DNA of 64,000 bases. It comes from an uncultured Acidobacteriota bacterium (GTDB lineage: Bacteria > Acidobacteriota > JAQAZP01). This document shows positions 18,948-29,094 of this stretch, in pieces. A program made the position numbers and the translations under genes. The stretch covers positions 1,312,001-1,376,000 of the forward strand of contig CAWIIB010000001.1 in the NCBI GenBank assembly GCA_963836075.1. Direction: 5' to 3'. Numbering within the stretch: position 1 is the stretch's first letter; every line of letters begins with the position of its first letter. The notes under the pieces were generated by a model, which saw nothing but the letters and a program-made list of their open reading frames with translations, was not told the origin of the DNA and did no database searches.

Positions 18948-20900
18948 TCACCTCGCCTCGGCGGATGACCCTTCCACTTCGGCCCACGGCTCGATCCGGC
19001 CGCCGAGGTGCTTACCGAGGAACTCTTCCGCCCGGCCGTAGAAATCGAGACGGTTCTCCGGCCTGGCAAAGCCGTGCCCCTCGTCGGGGTAAACCACGTA
19101 GGCCACTTCCATCTCGCGGGCCCGCATGGCCTCCACCATTTGGTCCGCTTCGCGGATATTGACCCGCGGGTCGTTGGCCCCCTGGGCGATGATCAGCGGC
19201 TTGACGATCTTGTCGGCATGGAACAGCGGCGAGATCTTCTTGTTGTAGGCATCGTCTCCTTCCACATCACCAACCCGCAATGTCAGTTGCTTTTTCATCG
19301 GGGCCCAGTAGGGCGGGATGGAAGCGAACAGGGTCTGCATGTTGGACGGTCCGACGATGTCGACACCGCAGCAGTAGAGATCGGGGGTGAAGACCAGCCC
19401 GGCCAGCACGGCGTAGCCACCGTAGGAGCCGCCGTAGATCGCGATTTTCTTCGGGTCGGCGATGCCCTGGTCGATGGCCCACTTCACCGCGTCGGTGAGG
19501 TCGTGCTGCATGGCGCCGACGCCCCACTCGCCGTTGCCGGCGTTGAGGAACTTCTTGCCATAGCCGGTGGAGGCCCGGAAATTGAGCTGCAGGGTGGCAT
19601 AGCCGCGGTTGGCGAACCACTGGGCCTCACCATTGTAACCCCAGGCATCACGGGCCCAGGGGCCCCCGTGCACGTTGAGCACCAGCGGCAGGTTCTTGCC
19701 CTCCTTGCCCGGGGGCAGGGTGAGAAAGCCGACCATTTCCAGCCCGTCGCGGGCCTTGATCACCACCGGCTCCATGGTGGCCAGGGTGTATTTCTCCAGC
19801 TCGGGCCGGCTGACGAACAGCTTGGCAGCCTTTTTCTCCCCGCGGTCATAGAGGTAATAGGTCACCGGGCCGTCGTCGGTGTCGTAGGCGATGACCCACT
19901 TTTTGTCGGCCAGGTCGCGGTTCGCCAGCCCGAACTCGCCCCGCTGCAGGGTGGCGAGGTAATCGAAGTCGGCCTTGATCGACGAGTCCAGAACCGTCCA
20001 CTCGTTCTTCAGGTAGTTGAAACCCACAGCCTGCACCACGTGGGTGTCGGGGTGGACCTCCACCGCGCCGATGTCCACCTTGTCGTTCTGCGCCAGGGTC
20101 TCCAGTTCCTTGCCGTCGGCCAGCGACACCTTGACCAGCCGGGTGGTGTCGGCGCCGATGGAGGTTGTCACGTAGAGCGCCTTGCCGTCGGCGGTGAAAT
20201 CCACCGGCCCGCCGTTCTCGCCAAAGGGCCAGTTGAGCAGGTCGCGCCAGGGCGAATCCTTGGAGTCGCGCACCCTGAGGATCGTGCTGCCGTCCATGGG
20301 GTTGGTGGCCACCGCGGCCCGGATGACAAAGTCGGCGTCGGTTGCCCAGCCCAGCACATCACCCGGGTTTTCCGTGTCCAGCACCACCGCCCCGGTGGTC
20401 AGATCGATGCGATACATGTCGAAGAGCCTCCGGTCACGGAGGTTCAGCCCCACCAGCAGCTCGTTGGGGTGGTGACGGTCGCCCATCATTCCCTGGGCAC
20501 GGATACCCTGGAACGGTGTCAGGTCGCGAACCACTTTCGACTCCAGGTTGGCCAGGTGGACATGCCAGTTTTCGTCCCCGCCGAAGTCCTGGATATACAT
20601 GATCCCCTTGCTGTCCTCGGACCAGCCGTAACCCCGGATTCCCCGCTTGGTATCATTGGTCACCTGCACTGCTTCCCCGCCTTCCACCGGCTGGACCCAG
20701 ACATTGAGCACCCCATCCTCGGACGGGGCAAGATATGAGATGCGGGTACCGTCAGGCGAGATCTGGGGAGAAGTCTTCTCCGGATTGCCGAAAATCACGT
20801 CCCGGGGGATCAGCTCGGGTTCAGCGGCCTGCAATTGAATTGTCAGCGCGGGCAACAGGGCCAGCACCGCAATTGTCCCAACCAGAAAACTATTCCTCAT
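18948..20900 (-). CDS. S9 family (acylaminoacyl/dipeptidyl) peptidase, secreted
   Basis: Signal peptide, VHGGPW, GGSYGG nucleophile, QGANDPRV, DEGHGF. Confidence 0.95.
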   Translation of the reverse strand: MRNSFLVGTIAVLALLPALTIQLQAAEPELIPRDVIFGNPEKTSPQISPDGTRISYLAPSEDGVLNVWVQPVEGGEAVQVTNDTKRGIRGYGWSEDSKGIMYIQDFGGDENWHVHLANLESKVVRDLTPFQGIRAQGMMGDRHHPNELLVGLNLRDRRLFDMYRIDLTTGAVVLDTENPGDVLGWATDADFVIRAAVATNPMDGSTILRVRDSKDSPWRDLLNWPFGENGGPVDFTADGKALYVTTSIGADTTRLVKVSLADGKELETLAQNDKVDIGAVEVHPDTHVVQAVGFNYLKNEWTVLDSSIKADFDYLATLQRGEFGLANRDLADKKWVIAYDTDDGPVTYYLYDRGEKKAAKLFVSRPELEKYTLATMEPVVIKARDGLEMVGFLTLPPGKEGKNLPLVLNVHGGPWARDAWGYNGEAQWFANRGYATLQLNFRASTGYGKKFLNAGNGEWGVGAMQHDLTDAVKWAIDQGIADPKKIAIYGGSYGGYAVLAGLVFTPDLYCCGVDIVGPSNMQTLFASIPPYWAPMKKQLTLRVGDVEGDDAYNKKISPLFHADKIVKPLIIAQGANDPRVNIREADQMVEAMRAREMEVAYVVYPDEGHGFARPENRLDFYGRAEEFLGKHLGGRIEPWAEVEGSSAEAR

Positions 20901-21031
20901 CGATCAATCCTCCTTGACTGTGGATACACGATACTTTTCCGCCGAACCGGCGAAATATCGAATGATGGGCTTCACTCCCCGATCGGTACTCCCGATAAGA
21001 AAGTGATGTCCGGAAACAACTATAACGCTTT

Positions 21032-23263
21032 ATGATAGCAGATAGTTCAATGGAACTGGTCAATACAGCAAACAGTGGAGCCAACGCACCGGCGGGCCGC
21101 GGGATTCCGGAGAAGGATTCGGTGGTGCAACTGTACGTCCGGCTGAACACGGCCCGCAAACTGGGCGAGTTTTTCTCCAGCGACCACCCCTGTTTTCTGG
21201 AAGCGGTGGAAGGGGCCGCCGAGATCATCAACGGCTTCGGCGAGTATGCCGGAGAATTGAGCTATTCCAGCAACGATGGATCGATCTCCTCCGGGGGCAC
21301 CCGCTTCAAACCGGAAGAACCATACCTAGATGACTTTGCCGCCGCTCTCCGCACCGCGAACATCACCGTGATCCGGTTGGCCCGCGGCGTCGCCGCCGCC
21401 GGACTGGCCAGCTTCACCAGCCTGCTGGCCGCCTGCACCGATCTGGATGTGGGAACCGGCAAGATCCGCCAGTTGATCAGCGGGCTGGTGGCCGACGGGA
21501 TCCGGGTGGGAATGACACCGGCCGGAGGGCCGGCCGTGGAGAGCGTGCCCCTTGGCCAGAGCGTGGAGGAAGCGGTCTGGAAAACCGAAGTACAACGTCT
21601 GTTCGGGGTCATCCCGGCCTGCAAATCTGCCCCGGGTGCCGGCACCGAAACCGGCGAGAACGTGGTTCTGGCCAACATAAACCCCCGCCGGCTGGCCGGG
21701 TTGATCAACACCTTCGATTCCGTCGTAACCGCGGACACGGTGTACGAGAAGTTCCTGATGCCGTATCTTCGACAGGTTGCCGATGGTGAAAGCGGGTCCG
21801 AAGGCCTGATCCCGGACCACGTCCAGCTGCGGTTCATTCAATTTCTCCGGGCGCTCTCCCCCGGTCACCAGGTCCGGTTCACCACCGCGGTTCTGGAGAC
21901 GTCACACTCCTTCACCCCGTTCGCCACAGGTGTCCTCGAGGCCATACCCGTACAGTTGGCCGGCAAGGCCCTGGCCAGGATCAAAACCGAGGAGAACACG
22001 GTCCACCCCCGGATCACCAGCCGGTTCGAAGCGCTGTGCCGTCTCACCGGATGGAACCCCTCGGCCGATGACCAGTCTCCCCAGGCTCCGGGAGAAGTTG
22101 ATATCGACGTCAATACCGTCGATGGTGTCGTCCGCTGCACCCCACGGTTCGAAAAAGCAGCAGCCGGCACGGCTCCACCGGTCAGACGAATCTCCTTTGC
22201 CGCCGAATTCACTCCGGCCGGCAAGCGGAAGGCACTGATTCGGGTGGGGTTGGACCTGCTGGAGAGATCCACCACGCTTGAAGAGGCCCGCGTGCAATCA
22301 CGTGTACTGCCGCAGCTCTTCACCGAAGCGCTGAACGAACGGGACTGGATCGGGTTGAACCGTGACTGGATTGATCTGGTGGCACTGGTGAAAAAGGGCC
22401 AGGCGTCCAGACCATTCCTCACAAAAACGCTCAGGCGGATACGGGAGTCTTTCATCACTGCCCAGACAATGGAGCGAATCGTCATCGGCATCGAAAACTG
22501 CAGTGCTGAAACCGGCGAACTGTTCAAACAGTGGCTTCCGGCACTGGGCCCCGCGGCCGGCGATGCCATGATCAAGGCCCTGATAGAATCCAACAACCGT
22601 TCCCGGCGCCGCCACCTGCTGTCCGCCATCGTCTGCTTCGGACAGGACGCGGTGCCGCTGGCTCTGAAGCGGATCAGCGACCCCCGCTGGTACGTGGTGC
22701 GGAACATGATCACCATCATCCGCGAGGTCGGCGACAAACGGGCGGCCGAGGACCTGCTCACACTCACCAATCACGCCCAGTTCCAGGTGCGCCGGGAACT
22801 GATCAACACGCTCCTCGCCCTGGACCACCCGGAGGGCCTGGAACTGGCGGAAAGCTGTATCCGTTCCGGGGATCGCAAATTGAGATCAGCCAGCATCGGC
22901 CTCCTCGGCTCACACCGCGTTGACGGAGCCCGGAACATTCTGTTGCAGGTCCTGAAGGACCAGGAGAGCCGGGGAGTTCCGTACAGCCAGCCCCAGAAGG
23001 TCAGCGCGATCTGGGCCCTGGGACAGATCGGGAACCGCGCGGTCCTGCCGGAACTGCAGCAATTCCTGAAGAAAAGCCGGATGTTCAAATCGCCGGACAA
23101 ACACGAACTGAAAATGGCCATCTTGCGCAGCCTGCCAGGGTATCAGCTCAAGGATGTGGAAGCGCTGGCCCGATGGGGAATGGCCAACGGTGACGAAGAC
23201 GAGGCCGCCAGCTGCAGCATGCTGGTGAGCAACATCCTGCTGCTCACGGGGGCGGGCAAATGA
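21032..23263 (+). CDS. HEAT-repeat protein
   Basis: DPRWYVVRN, VRREL, AIWALGQIG repeats; ATGA overlap with the HD-GYP gene. Confidence 0.78.
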   Translation: MIADSSMELVNTANSGANAPAGRGIPEKDSVVQLYVRLNTARKLGEFFSSDHPCFLEAVEGAAEIINGFGEYAGELSYSSNDGSISSGGTRFKPEEPYLDDFAAALRTANITVIRLARGVAAAGLASFTSLLAACTDLDVGTGKIRQLISGLVADGIRVGMTPAGGPAVESVPLGQSVEEAVWKTEVQRLFGVIPACKSAPGAGTETGENVVLANINPRRLAGLINTFDSVVTADTVYEKFLMPYLRQVADGESGSEGLIPDHVQLRFIQFLRALSPGHQVRFTTAVLETSHSFTPFATGVLEAIPVQLAGKALARIKTEENTVHPRITSRFEALCRLTGWNPSADDQSPQAPGEVDIDVNTVDGVVRCTPRFEKAAAGTAPPVRRISFAAEFTPAGKRKALIRVGLDLLERSTTLEEARVQSRVLPQLFTEALNERDWIGLNRDWIDLVALVKKGQASRPFLTKTLRRIRESFITAQTMERIVIGIENCSAETGELFKQWLPALGPAAGDAMIKALIESNNRSRRRHLLSAIVCFGQDAVPLALKRISDPRWYVVRNMITIIREVGDKRAAEDLLTLTNHAQFQVRRELINTLLALDHPEGLELAESCIRSGDRKLRSASIGLLGSHRVDGARNILLQVLKDQESRGVPYSQPQKVSAIWALGQIGNRAVLPELQQFLKKSRMFKSPDKHELKMAILRSLPGYQLKDVEALARWGMANGDEDEAASCSMLVSNILLLTGAGK

Positions 23264-23977
23264 CAGAAAGCGGACAAATGTTCGATGCCGACCTCAGGGA
23301 ACTGGACACCGAGTTCAACCGGTTGGCAACGGGTTTTCTTACCAAGCTCGAGATACGGGACAGCAGCGCGGGCCGCTTGATCCACGACAAGGCCGGTGAC
23401 CTGCTCAACTGGTTCCACGGGTTTCCCCAGCCGCTGCGGCTGCTCTCCCGGTTGAGGACACATCACCCGGACAGTTTCAGCCACAGTGTCAACGTCTGTC
23501 TGCTCACCGCCATGCAGGTCGGACCAGGCAAACCTGCCCGAAGAGGAGCGGGAGGCGGCCCTGGCCGGTCTGCTGCACGATGTGGGCAAGGTGGCCGTAC
23601 CCGTGGAGGTGCTGGACAAGAAGGATGCCCTGTCCCGGACAGAGGCGGCAAAGATCAGTATCCACAGCGTTGCCGGCGCCAGGTCGCTGGCGGCAATGCC
23701 CGAACTGCCGCGGCTGGTGGTGGTGGGTGCCTGGGAGCACCACCTGCATTACGACGGCACCGGGGGATATCCCCGGCCCACCAGATGCCGCTCGCCGCAC
23801 CCGGTGAGCCAGATGATCGCCCTGGCCGACTTTTTCGACTCGCTGACCACCTGGAAACCGTACCGGCAGGAGCAGCCCCGGGACCAGGTGCTGCAAATGA
23901 TGATGGAGCGGGAGGGCCGGGTTTTCCATCCCGAGTTGCTGGGGGGCTTTACCGCGCTGATCGGATCTCTCAACTGA
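23260..23977 (+). CDS. HD-GYP domain protein, apparent frameshift (extra G at 23521-23522)
   Basis: HSVNV in the first frame; LLHDVGK, EHHLHYDGTGGYP, ADFFDSLT..KPY in the +1 frame. Removing one G gives MQVDQANLPEEEREAALAGLLHD. Confidence 0.83.
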
Positions 23978-24255
23978 CCGGGGCCAGGTTGGACGATGGT
24001 CGCCCCCCACCCGCCCCGGTCGTTCATGGCCAGGCGCCAGGAGACCACGTCCGGCTGCCGCTCCAGCACTGCTTCCACCGTCTTCCTCAGTGCGCCGGTG
24101 CCCTTGCCGTGGATGATTCGCACCTGGAGAATGCCCCGTTCACGGCAGGCGCGAAGATACTCAGGCACCAGGTCCTTCACGTCCCGGGGGTGAAAGGTGT
24201 GCAGGTCCAGAGTGCCGTCGATGGGGAGTTCCACCGCCTCGCCGTCTTCGAGCAT
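23970..24255 (-). CDS. Smr-domain protein; true end probably 23970, apparent extra base at 23991-23992
   Basis: LDLH, IIHGKGTG.LR, GGWGATIV. Removing one base gives the compact end GATIVNLAPVS* instead of a 229-bp overlap with HD-GYP. Confidence 0.85.
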
Positions 24256-25232
24256 CAGTCCTCCCCCCGGGACACCCCGGGCCGCCAGGGCAGGTTGTCC
24301 AGCTCCACGTTGCCGCCGCTGAGGATGATCCCCACCCGTTTCAGCCCCGGCACCGCAACAAAGGCAGCGGAGAGGGCCGCCGCCACGGCCACCGCCGCGC
24401 TGGGTTCCACCAGCAGCTTGGCCCGCTCCCAGGCCAGCCGCATGGCCGCAATGGTCGCCGTATCATCCACCGTGATCACCCGCTCCACGTGGTCGCGGAT
24501 CACCGGCCAGGTCAACTGGCCGAGGCTGGTCAGCAGGCCGTCGGCCAGGGTGTCCGGTGCGGTCTGGGGGATCAGCCGCCCCGCCTCCATCGACCGGGCC
24601 GCGTCGTCGGCCCCCCGGGGCTCGGCGGCGAAGACCCTGACCCGCGGATCGATCCCCCGGGCGGCGATACAGGTGCCGGAGAGCAGACCACCCCCGCCCA
24701 CCGGAGCGATGACCGCGTCCAGGCCGTCCACCTGCGAGAGCAGCTCCAGAGCCGCTGTTCCCTGGCCGGCGATGATTCGAGGATCGTCGTAGGGGTGGAT
24801 GAAGGTGGCGCCGGTCTCCTCCCGTACAGCAAGGGCGGTGGTCTCGCGGGCGACGAGGGTCGGCGGGCAGAGAACCACCCGCCCGCCGTATTCCTCCACC
24901 GCCCGGCGCTTCACCGGGGAGGCGCTGGTGGGCATGACGATGTGCGCCGCCACGCCACGCAGGCCCGCGGCCAGGGCCAGGGCCTGGGCATGGTTTCCTG
25001 AACTGTGGGTCAATACGCCGCGTGCGGCCTCCCGGTCCCCGAGGCTGAACACCGCGTTGGCCGCCCCGCGGAACTTGAACGCTCCGACCTTCTGCAAGTG
25101 TTCGCACTTGAAAAAGAGGCGCCGTCCGGCCAGGCGGTCAATGGCGGCACAGGTCATCACCGGGGTCAGGTGAGCCCTGCCGGCGATCCGTTCCGCGGCG
25201 GAGCGAATGTCGCTCAGAGTGGCTGCATACAC
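24255..25232 (-). CDS. PLP-dependent serine racemase / threonine dehydratase family
   Basis: GAFKFRGA, SSGNHAQA, PVGGGGL, SGGN. Confidence 0.93.
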   Translation of the reverse strand: MYAATLSDIRSAAERIAGRAHLTPVMTCAAIDRLAGRRLFFKCEHLQKVGAFKFRGAANAVFSLGDREAARGVLTHSSGNHAQALALAAGLRGVAAHIVMPTSASPVKRRAVEEYGGRVVLCPPTLVARETTALAVREETGATFIHPYDDPRIIAGQGTAALELLSQVDGLDAVIAPVGGGGLLSGTCIAARGIDPRVRVFAAEPRGADDAARSMEAGRLIPQTAPDTLADGLLTSLGQLTWPVIRDHVERVITVDDTATIAAMRLAWERAKLLVEPSAAVAVAAALSAAFVAVPGLKRVGIILSGGNVELDNLPWRPGVSRGED

Positions 25233-25243
25233 GCGGAGTCTCC

Positions 25244-26377
25244 TCAGGCGGGCCCGGTATCCAGGTGGTATTCGATGCGGTGCGCCCTGAGATCCTCGAG
25301 CACCGCCTCGAAGATACCCTCGTCCTCGCAGAGCCCCTCGGGCGGGATGACACCGTGCCGGGTGACCGATCCGCCGAGCACCAGCCGCGCCACGGCGGTG
25401 CAGGTGTACCCGGTGGTGCGGGCCATGGAAGATGTGCCGGTGGCGGAATCGTAGCGGTCGAAGAGCGAGTAGCGGTAGGACCGTGCCTCGCCCTCCTCCT
25501 CACCGCGGATCTCCACGGTCATCACGGTGATGTCCTCCTCCCCTTCGCCAAAGGTCCAGAGGGGGAAGAGGATCCTGGCTGTAAGGTCCAGGGGCCGGAC
25601 GCTCACCTCCCCCACCTGCACCGGCTCCTTGCTGAAGAAACCGGTGTCCCGCAGCAGGCGCATGTGCTCGATGTGTCCGGGATAGCGCATGGTCTTCTCC
25701 ACCATGTCGGGAACATCCATGGTGCTGATCAGGGTGCGCAGGCCGTCGGTGTTGAAGGCCACCAGCGTGCCCACCTCGGCGAACTCCACCGGCTCGGGTT
25801 CGGAGAGCGCCGGCCGCTCCACCGTGGCGCCGGAGACCACCAGCCGCGCCGGCCGGGTGTATTCCTCCAGCACATCGATGGGCGAGAACGGGGCCTTGTA
25901 CTGGTAGGGCTCGGTGCGCCGGACCGGAAGCCCGCCCACCAGGCAGCGGTAGGAGTGGACCTTCATCCGCCGGACGTGATGGCCGAGGATGATGTTGCTC
26001 ATCCCCGGTGCCACCCCGCAGTCCACCACCGCGGTGACCTCCCGCCGGCGGGCCAGTTCGTCCAGTTGCAGCGGGTCCTCGGGGAAAAAGGAGATATCCA
26101 CCACGTCGGTGCCGCTCTCGATCACCGCCCGCAGCGTCTCGAAGCCCATGAAGCCGGGGACCGCCCCGATGACCATGTGGAAATCGTCGGAAATCCGGGA
26201 AACGGTCCGGGCGTGGGAAAGGTCGGCACGCATGATCTGGATCCCGGGATGTCCGGCGGCCAGCGCGTCCAGACGCTTCATGTCCATGTCCACCGCGGTC
26301 ACCTCGAAGGCGCCGCTCAAATCCACGGCCATGGCGCTGCCCACCATACCCGCACCCAGAACCGCTATCTTCTTCAT
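25244..26377 (-). CDS. Saccharopine dehydrogenase / lysine 6-dehydrogenase family
   Basis: VLGAGMVG, CGVAPG, FNTDGLRT, KTMRYPGH, SMARTTG. Start trimmed to MKKIAV. Confidence 0.9.
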   Translation of the reverse strand: MKKIAVLGAGMVGSAMAVDLSGAFEVTAVDMDMKRLDALAAGHPGIQIMRADLSHARTVSRISDDFHMVIGAVPGFMGFETLRAVIESGTDVVDISFFPEDPLQLDELARRREVTAVVDCGVAPGMSNIILGHHVRRMKVHSYRCLVGGLPVRRTEPYQYKAPFSPIDVLEEYTRPARLVVSGATVERPALSEPEPVEFAEVGTLVAFNTDGLRTLISTMDVPDMVEKTMRYPGHIEHMRLLRDTGFFSKEPVQVGEVSVRPLDLTARILFPLWTFGEGEEDITVMTVEIRGEEEGEARSYRYSLFDRYDSATGTSSMARTTGYTCTAVARLVLGGSVTRHGVIPPEGLCEDEGIFEAVLEDLRAHRIEYHLDTGPA

Positions 26378-26482
26378 CAAACATCCTCCACTGGAACTGA
26401 ATACTCCGCAGACCACCCGGCCAGGAGAGGAATTATAGTCGGGAACAGCGGCCGGGGGAACAGACCGGTCCGGGGGTGCGGC

Positions 26483-27278
26483 TCACTGCCGCTCTTTCCG
26501 TTTCCCGGCCATCCGGCGGAGCAGGGTCTTCACCAGCGGTGTGCGGAGCAGGGTGACCAGGAGCCGGTTGCGCCAGCCGGTAATCACCACCACCCGGCGG
26601 CGGCGCAGAGCGGTGAGCGAAATATCCACCACCTGCTCGGCGGTCATCCAGAGCCACCGGGGCACCGAGGAGCGGTCGAAGTCGTATTCCGGCGTATCGT
26701 GGAAACCGGTGTAGGTAAACCCGGGACAGAGGGCCTGGACACGGACACCGCTGCCGGCCAGCTCGGCATCCAGCGCCTCGGTGAACAGGTTGAGAAACGA
26801 CTTGGTGGCCGAGTAGACCGCCCCGCGGGGGGTGGGAAGGAAGGCGGCCACCGAGGAGACGTTGATCACCGCCCCTTCGCCGGCCCGGATCATCGCCGGC
26901 AGGGCGGCACGGCAGAGCCGCACCGTGGCGGTCAGGTGCACGTCGATCATCGCTTCCTGCCGGTCCGGATCGACGTCGGCCACCAGGCCCGGAACCCCGA
27001 ACCCGGCGTTGTTCACCAGCAGCGCCAGGGCCGGGCCCCCGGCCACCCGCTCCTCCAGCCGGTGCAGGCTGTCCGGGTCGGCCAGGTCGGCGGGAAGGAC
27101 CTCCACCGGCGCCCCGTGCTGCTCTTCCAGTTCCCGGGCCAGCGCCTCGAGACGATCGGCTCGGCGGGCGGTGAGCAGCAGGTCCGTACCCCTCGGCGGC
27201 CAGTCGCCGGGCATAGACCTCCCCGATGCCGCTGGAGGCGCCGGTGATCAGAGCCGTTCCCTTGAACGTTCCGGCCAT
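26483..27278 (-). CDS. SDR oxidoreductase, apparent frameshift (extra base at 27184-27185)
   Basis: TGASSGIG in one frame; NNAG, YSATK, CPG in another. Removing one G restores AEGYDLLLTARR. Confidence 0.85.
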
Positions 27279-27290
27279 TTTGATATCCGC

Positions 27291-28208
27291 TCAGATTTTC
27301 AGAAGGGCATCAATGATGTCGAGGGTGGCGCCCTTCTGTTTGACCACCATGGTGGGGATGGTGGTGGCACGGACCACCTGCTCGGCGTTGCTGCCCAGCA
27401 GGATGGCCGCCGGTCCGGTGATTCCCCGCCCGCCGATGACCAGCAGGTCGGCCCCGGAGGTCTCGGCGTGGCCGAGGATCGCCTCCGAAACATGCTCGTT
27501 GCAGATGTAGGTGGGCTGGACCTGGATGCCGCGGGTGTCGATGCCGGCGATAAAATCCTTGTAGCGCTTTTCGGTGTTGCCCTTCATGATCTCGGCGAAG
27601 TCCTCGAAGCTCTTTCCGGTCTTGTAGTAGCCGGTGGGCACGTCATAGACTGCGAGGCAGCCCACCGTCGACGTCTCGTCGGTGGCCCGGGCAAAACCGA
27701 TGGCCACTTCCAGCGCTTCCCTGGAGCAGTCCGAAAAATCCACCGGCGCCAGGATCCGCTCCATGTCGTCCAGGGAGCCCTCGGGGACCAGGAGCACCGA
27801 ACAGGGGGCCTTGCGGATCACGATATCCTGACGCAGGTCGCGCTGGTACTTGCGAATCTCCCGGCCCACCACAATCAGGTCCACCAGCTTCTGCTTGGCG
27901 AACTTCATCAACTGACGCAACAGCGTCCCTTCCACGGCATCGAATTCAAGTCCGGCATCGGGGTGCCCATCGACAAAGTGCTCGGCCACCACGTCCCGCA
28001 TCCGGGCCTCCATCGACTCGTCCAGCGGGTCAAGCACCTCGGGATACTCCCTGGAGATCTCCTCCGGCAGATCGAGACTCGACGCGACATGGACAAAGTA
28101 GACCTTCTCCGATCTGGCCATACGGCTCAGCTTTGCTGCGTAACGGATGGTCGAGTGGTCGGCCGGAATCATTTCCAATCCCACCATCAATCTCTTGTAC
28201 TGGTCCAT
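27291..28208 (-). CDS. Tandem-domain universal stress protein
   Basis: DLIVVG..APCSVL; ILAPVDFS..DLLVIGGRG..LGSNAEQV. Confidence 0.9.
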   Translation of the reverse strand: MDQYKRLMVGLEMIPADHSTIRYAAKLSRMARSEKVYFVHVASSLDLPEEISREYPEVLDPLDESMEARMRDVVAEHFVDGHPDAGLEFDAVEGTLLRQLMKFAKQKLVDLIVVGREIRKYQRDLRQDIVIRKAPCSVLLVPEGSLDDMERILAPVDFSDCSREALEVAIGFARATDETSTVGCLAVYDVPTGYYKTGKSFEDFAEIMKGNTEKRYKDFIAGIDTRGIQVQPTYICNEHVSEAILGHAETSGADLLVIGGRGITGPAAILLGSNAEQVVRATTIPTMVVKQKGATLDIIDALLKI

Positions 28209-28338
28209 TGCCTGTCCTTTCCCGCCGGACGGCCGGGCTCGGGCCGTTCCTGCTGCTGTCAAGCGAATCCCGTTTCCACCGGGCCGCGGCCACGCCGCAA
28301 GTTACCCGTTCAATGATATGTTACGAATTCGGGTCATT

Positions 28339-29094
28339 TCAATCCGTGCCGCCGCCCAGGCCAAAATCGGACAGCAGCGGCGGCTCGGCGTCCGCCCGCT
28401 CCAGCAGGCGCAGGGCCGCCTCGATCACCGCGTGCTGCCGCGACGGACTGTCCGGTTTGTCCAGGGGATAGCCGTGGGCAAAGGGGACGAAGAGGGCCCG
28501 CGGCGGACGGACCTTCACCGCCGCCTCGCGCAGCAGGGCCAGGGCCACCGTGGAAATTCCGCGCCGTTCCAGCTCCGCCGCCACCAGGCTCACGGCCTGG
28601 TTGCAGAACGGTCAGACCGGCACCAGCAGCGCCACGTCCACGCCGTCGGCCTGCAGGGCCCGGGCCGCCTCGGGCGCCGTCCGCCGCACCAGCCGGCCCG
28701 GAGCGGTGATCGAACCCATCATCGAGAGGTGCCGCTGGTTCACCGATCCGATCCGTCCCGAGACCACCAGCTCCTCCGCCCGGTCCATGGGGAACGCGAG
28801 GTTGGGATCCTGGCGGATGCCGCTGTGGTCGAAGCTGTCGCTGCGGTGGCTCTCGTCCAGCGATTCCAGCCTGGTCTCCCGGGGGATGAACCGGAAACTG
28901 GGGTCACCGCCGCGGCCGCCGTGGAAGAGGTCCTGGCCCGGGGCGGTGAATCCGGCGCTGCTGACCAGGGCCAGACGGCAACGGTTGAGCGGTTTGCGCA
29001 ACGGCGTCCAGGGCACGGGATCGATCCGGCGCCAGGGGTAGATACGGAGCATGGTGCGCAGGGTCAGGGAGAACTCTTCGAGCCGGCCCATCAT
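28339..29094 (-). CDS. PrdB/GrdB-like selenoprotein (Sec at TGA 28612-28614, U-P-F-C)
   Basis: ORFs 28612-29094 and 28339-28593 are in the same frame and join as DVALLVPV-U-PFCNQAVSLVAAELERRGISTV. LVSSAG, DPSFR, DPNLAFP and PPRALFVPF..G.PL are reductase component B motifs. Confidence 0.9.
28575..28611 (-). promoter_or_regulatory. Bacterial SECIS-like hairpin
   Basis: After UGA: CCGTTCTGCA-ACCAGGC-CGTGA-GCCTGGT-GGCGGCGG. Perfect 7-bp upper stem, 17 nt between UGA and the loop, G at loop position 2. Confidence 0.78.

Noticed and set aside
23260-24792. 510-aa ORF as a single real protein
   Set aside because: Only the first ~87 aa are HD-GYP-like; the remainder is out-of-frame read-through antisense to Smr and the PLP enzyme
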